Of a DNA stretch of 64,000 nucleotides, positions 60,513 to 64,000 are shown one piece after another. The translations under genes and the position numbers were made by a program. The stretch covers positions 2,418,001 through 2,482,000 of the forward strand of contig JBHGNT010000017.1 in NCBI GenBank assembly GCA_043228905.1, read 5' to 3'. The notes beneath the pieces were generated by a model. It saw only the letters and a program-made list of their open reading frames with translations. It had not been told where the DNA came from and made no database searches. Origin of the DNA: Azolla caroliniana (Eukaryota; Plantae; Polypodiophyta). The number at the start of each line of letters is the position of its first letter. The first letter of the stretch is position 1.

Positions 60513-61997
60513 AGCATACAGGAATGCACAATGGGAGAGGGGGGTTTTCTCTGTGTGTTTCTGTGTGTGTTCAGTAGTAACTCTAGAAACAGATCATCTT
60601 CTGACTGATTTGACTGACTGCTTGACTGATTTTGACTGGCAGCCAGAATTAGATGGAAAGAAAGATGGATAGAAAACATATGATGGATGTGTCTGTTAGA
60701 AGGTTGGTTGTGGTTGGGCCTTTCCTTTTTATGGTCACAAAAAGAGAGCCCTAAACCCTACCTAAAACCCCACCATGCTCCAATGCATGATTACCGGACC
60801 TACGGCTTTATTCGCACACCTCCCTCCCTCCATCCCTACCGAATGTATCTCGTGTAACAAACCGAATGTGCCCGATGATGACAAGCGCTTCATGATATGG
60901 CTTCTATCCATCAATCCGTGTCTCCTTATCTTCTCTCACAAACTAGGGTATGCCCATTCTGTGAGGGAATGCGGACTTCCTACTTTTCTCTTTTGTTCTT
61001 CGTGTGTTGCCCTCCATATCCTTCTTTTTCCAAAGACCTTGAGGCCCACCACCATTACGCTAACAATTACCATTTTATTCGGTTCACTTTTCCACAAGTC
61101 ATCACTTTCTTATAGCCCCTTGAAAATGAAGTTTTGATCCCCAAGTCTTTCGATGTATGTACAATGCTTGGTTAATCATCGTCACGATTTTTGCGGTCTC
61201 ATTCTTGAATGCTTCATAAGGTTATCATACGGTCTCCTTCACATACTTGAGTGCTTGTTTATTATATGTTTGCCTTCACATATATTCTACTTACAAGTTG
61301 TGGATAATGAACAAAAAAATACTTATACACAATGATGTGCTCAAAAGCACTCAAAGAATATTTGAAAGTTGTAAAGGAAATAACACGGAATTGGATGGAG
61401 ACTATCATGCAATAATTGAACAATGCACTCCTTGAAGAAGAAGAATTCATCTACGTCAAGTTGAGTGGAGATTGTGGGGCTGCATGATATCCATGTAGGT
61501 TCAGAATCACCAAAATGTTACGTGATTGAAATATTGAAAAGTAGTTTCGAGAACGTGACTTTAGTAACATTTACAATGTTATCTTTTTCCGTGCAAAACA
61601 ATGAATTTCAAATGAAACACTGATATATGTTATTATTAAAGCAAAATTTTCTCCTGAACCCAATATTTTATTTTTTAACATGAGCTGCTATGTTTGTCCA
61701 AACTAAAACAAAAATCCTACTTGAACTCATCCATCAATATTGCCATGTGTTTCAACCGAGAAATGCACTCAAGACTATATTCATTCAAATATACCAAATA
61801 CAATTACAACAACTTTAATAGCAAAGTTTGTCATGAACTTTCCCTTTGCCTATCCATGGCTAGTCATTGGGATAGTCCTTTTTCCTCTTCTTTTTCATCT
61901 CTTTCGTAGTTTGTACTTGATAGGTTTTTTAAAACTAATGGAAGGATATTTTGTTTTGGAAAAAAAAAAAAAACTTTCCCTTTGCCTTGCCCAATCC

Positions 61998-62917
61998 CAC
62001 TGTTGTAGAATACTTAGCAAACAATACGTGTAGAATACATATTTTATAGTTAAATTGCATTAAATACTCAAAATACGTTGTCGCGGATTTACACGAGTGT
62101 GTGCGAAACAAAGGCGGGACCATAGAGGCCTCGGCCCAAGGAGCACAAGAAGAGAAATAAGAGGAACGACACATGATTATCAACAAGACGGGTACCAACG
62201 ATTAATTAGGGAAACAGAGTAATTACAACCGGCTTAATCGGGGCTAAGCTACGAGCTCAGCGAACAATGCACACACCCACACACCAAGATACTACAAGGT
62301 TCCTCTGACAGAAGCAAGCGGCTTCATACGCAAGCAGACGAGTCTATGCTAACAAGACGAAGCAGGAGGTAGAGAGTGTGTGCTCGGTTCCCAGTCCAAT
62401 AGCACTTCGTTCTCCCTAAACGTGTGATCTCTAACTCAGTCCTCTCTCCCTCCTTTTATAGATCAAAGAGAGAGAGGGTTGTTACATCAAGTAGTTAATC
62501 TCTGTCATTTCGGATAGAGATTTGCCTAGATTTATTCATGTATTTCGGGCATCCGTGCTCGCGGCCATTCACGCGCCTTCAGTCCCTTTCCTCCTTGTAG
62601 CCAGATTTCTCCACGACAACGTGTAGGATACATATTTTATAGTTAAAATGCGTTAAATACTCAAAATACGTGTAGAATACTAAAAATATGTAGAATACTT
62701 GTAAAATACATAAAATACTTCTCCAATTTCAAAGTTTTTTTTCAAAAAAATAGAATTAAAAAAAATTTAAAACTTTTTTGAAATGATAAATACTTGTTAA
62801 ATAGTAGAATACATGAAAATTTGAAAAATGGCAGTTCTAAAACGTAAAATACGTGTAGAATACTTTTGTAAGTTTAGAGTATTCTAAACGTGGAATACAC
62901 GTGTTTTAACAACTATG
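61998..62917. mobile_element. hAT-like MITE (about 380 bp net of the nested solo LTR)
   Basis: 8-bp TSD CCCAATCC/CTCAATCC; imperfect TIRs CACTGTTGT/ACAACTATG; internal AATACGTGTAGAATAC subrepeats. Confidence 0.6.
62079..62618 (-). mobile_element. Solo LTR H (540 bp), another family of the same Gypsy group
   Basis: Minus strand TGTCGTGGAGAA...GGTCCCGCC...CCGCGACA; perfect 4-bp TSD ACGT. Confidence 0.85.
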
Positions 62918-64000
62918 CTCAATCCAGTGACTCATAAAACAAAGTAAAATTCATACCAGTTCATGATCCTCTACCACAATAAACAAATAACAAAATTGTA
63001 CTTCATTATCCTTTACCAAAATATTAGCAATGTTAGACTGAACGGTTTTGTATGGGGAGATGACAAACTAGTAGATTAAAACAAGGCTACCAAGGTTTAC
63101 AACCCTATTTTATTGTGCATAGATTGTGTTACATGGACATTATCTGTAGATTTTCCACGAAGATTGTTGTCAACCACCCAAGAGTAGAGACTTTACATAT
63201 GCAGCCCAAGTCTGTATCCTTCATAAGGGACAAAGAAACACCGCATTGTACCTTGGGCAGTCTGTATCAACTTTTGTATCATGCCATCCTTCACAATTTT
63301 AGAAGTTCCACAGCATAGTAGTTTATCATACAGCTCAAATGGTTGATAGTTGGCTTCATGACAGTTTTACAAAAAATTTAACGAACATAGCATTTTATAT
63401 CAACTCTTTCAAAAGACAGGATAATTAAAGTTGTGAATTATACAAGGCATCCATGTGCTTTGGCTCTTGTCTTCTCCTTCTACTTTCACTCATCCACCCA
63501 AATCTATACCAAAATATAGAAGCCCCAAACCCTATGTGTAGTTCTCATACATTTTGCAGCAATGTAGATGCCATATGCACCATGGAAAAAACTCACCACC
63601 CAAAAGAAGGATATATTTCATCAGAGTTCACACAAGTTAACCAGGCCCAACCTTGGGGATATCATAATGCTCACTTAAATTTGCAAGATACTGGTAGAAA
63701 TCTTCAGTCCGATTCCTATGCAATTTCATAGCTACTCTTTTCAGGCGTTGTGCATCGAGCTCTAATTTCTGTTGATGGTAACTTTTCTCTGCCGCAATAC
63801 GATGGTCCTAGTAGGGAGGTTCTTCATCACCGACATGTCGCCCCTTCTCTGGCTCATCTATCATGGATTCTCTCTCATTCTCAGCGATAGGAGAGTGCGC
63901 CTCCTCGCGCGTCGTCATTGTCAGCTGCTATAGGTAATGTCTTTCTCTCTTCTTTTTCTTTTTTATATTCCCTAACTGAACATCTAATCCCTTCCCTTTC

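Noticed and set aside
63790-63940. Possible first exon ending at AG/GTAATG near the window end
   Set aside because: No recognisable protein and no downstream sequence to confirm it.

Overview
Eukaryotic, land-plant-type genomic DNA; the organism cannot be fixed from sequence alone. About 75% is nested LTR retrotransposon. Nest 1 (1-19040): a Ty3/gypsy remnant (E) contains Copia A (1308-17670). A contains a gag-only non-autonomous element B1 (itself carrying a solo LTR) and an intact Tnt1-like Copia F with apparently identical LTRs. Nest 2 (25834-49301): Copia C contains a full-structure tRNA-Trp-primed Gypsy D, which contains gag-only elements B2 and B3 and a solo LTR. Host genes are an intronless LRR receptor-like protein (22764-25475, +) and a 13-exon AKT1-like Shaker K+ channel (55573-60512, -); there is also a probable GH81 fragment. 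The strongest signal is a coherent Trp-primed Gypsy system. It shows 4-bp TSDs centred on CpG (ACGG three times, ACAG/ACGG, ACGT), gag-only partner elements, a conserved -1 frame change after the protease, a U5-leader stem, and a tRNA-Lys-like Pol III module inside the LTRs. The RLP also has a homogenised 72-nt LRR array with hypervariable surface codons. Coordinates were read by eye; no searches were run.
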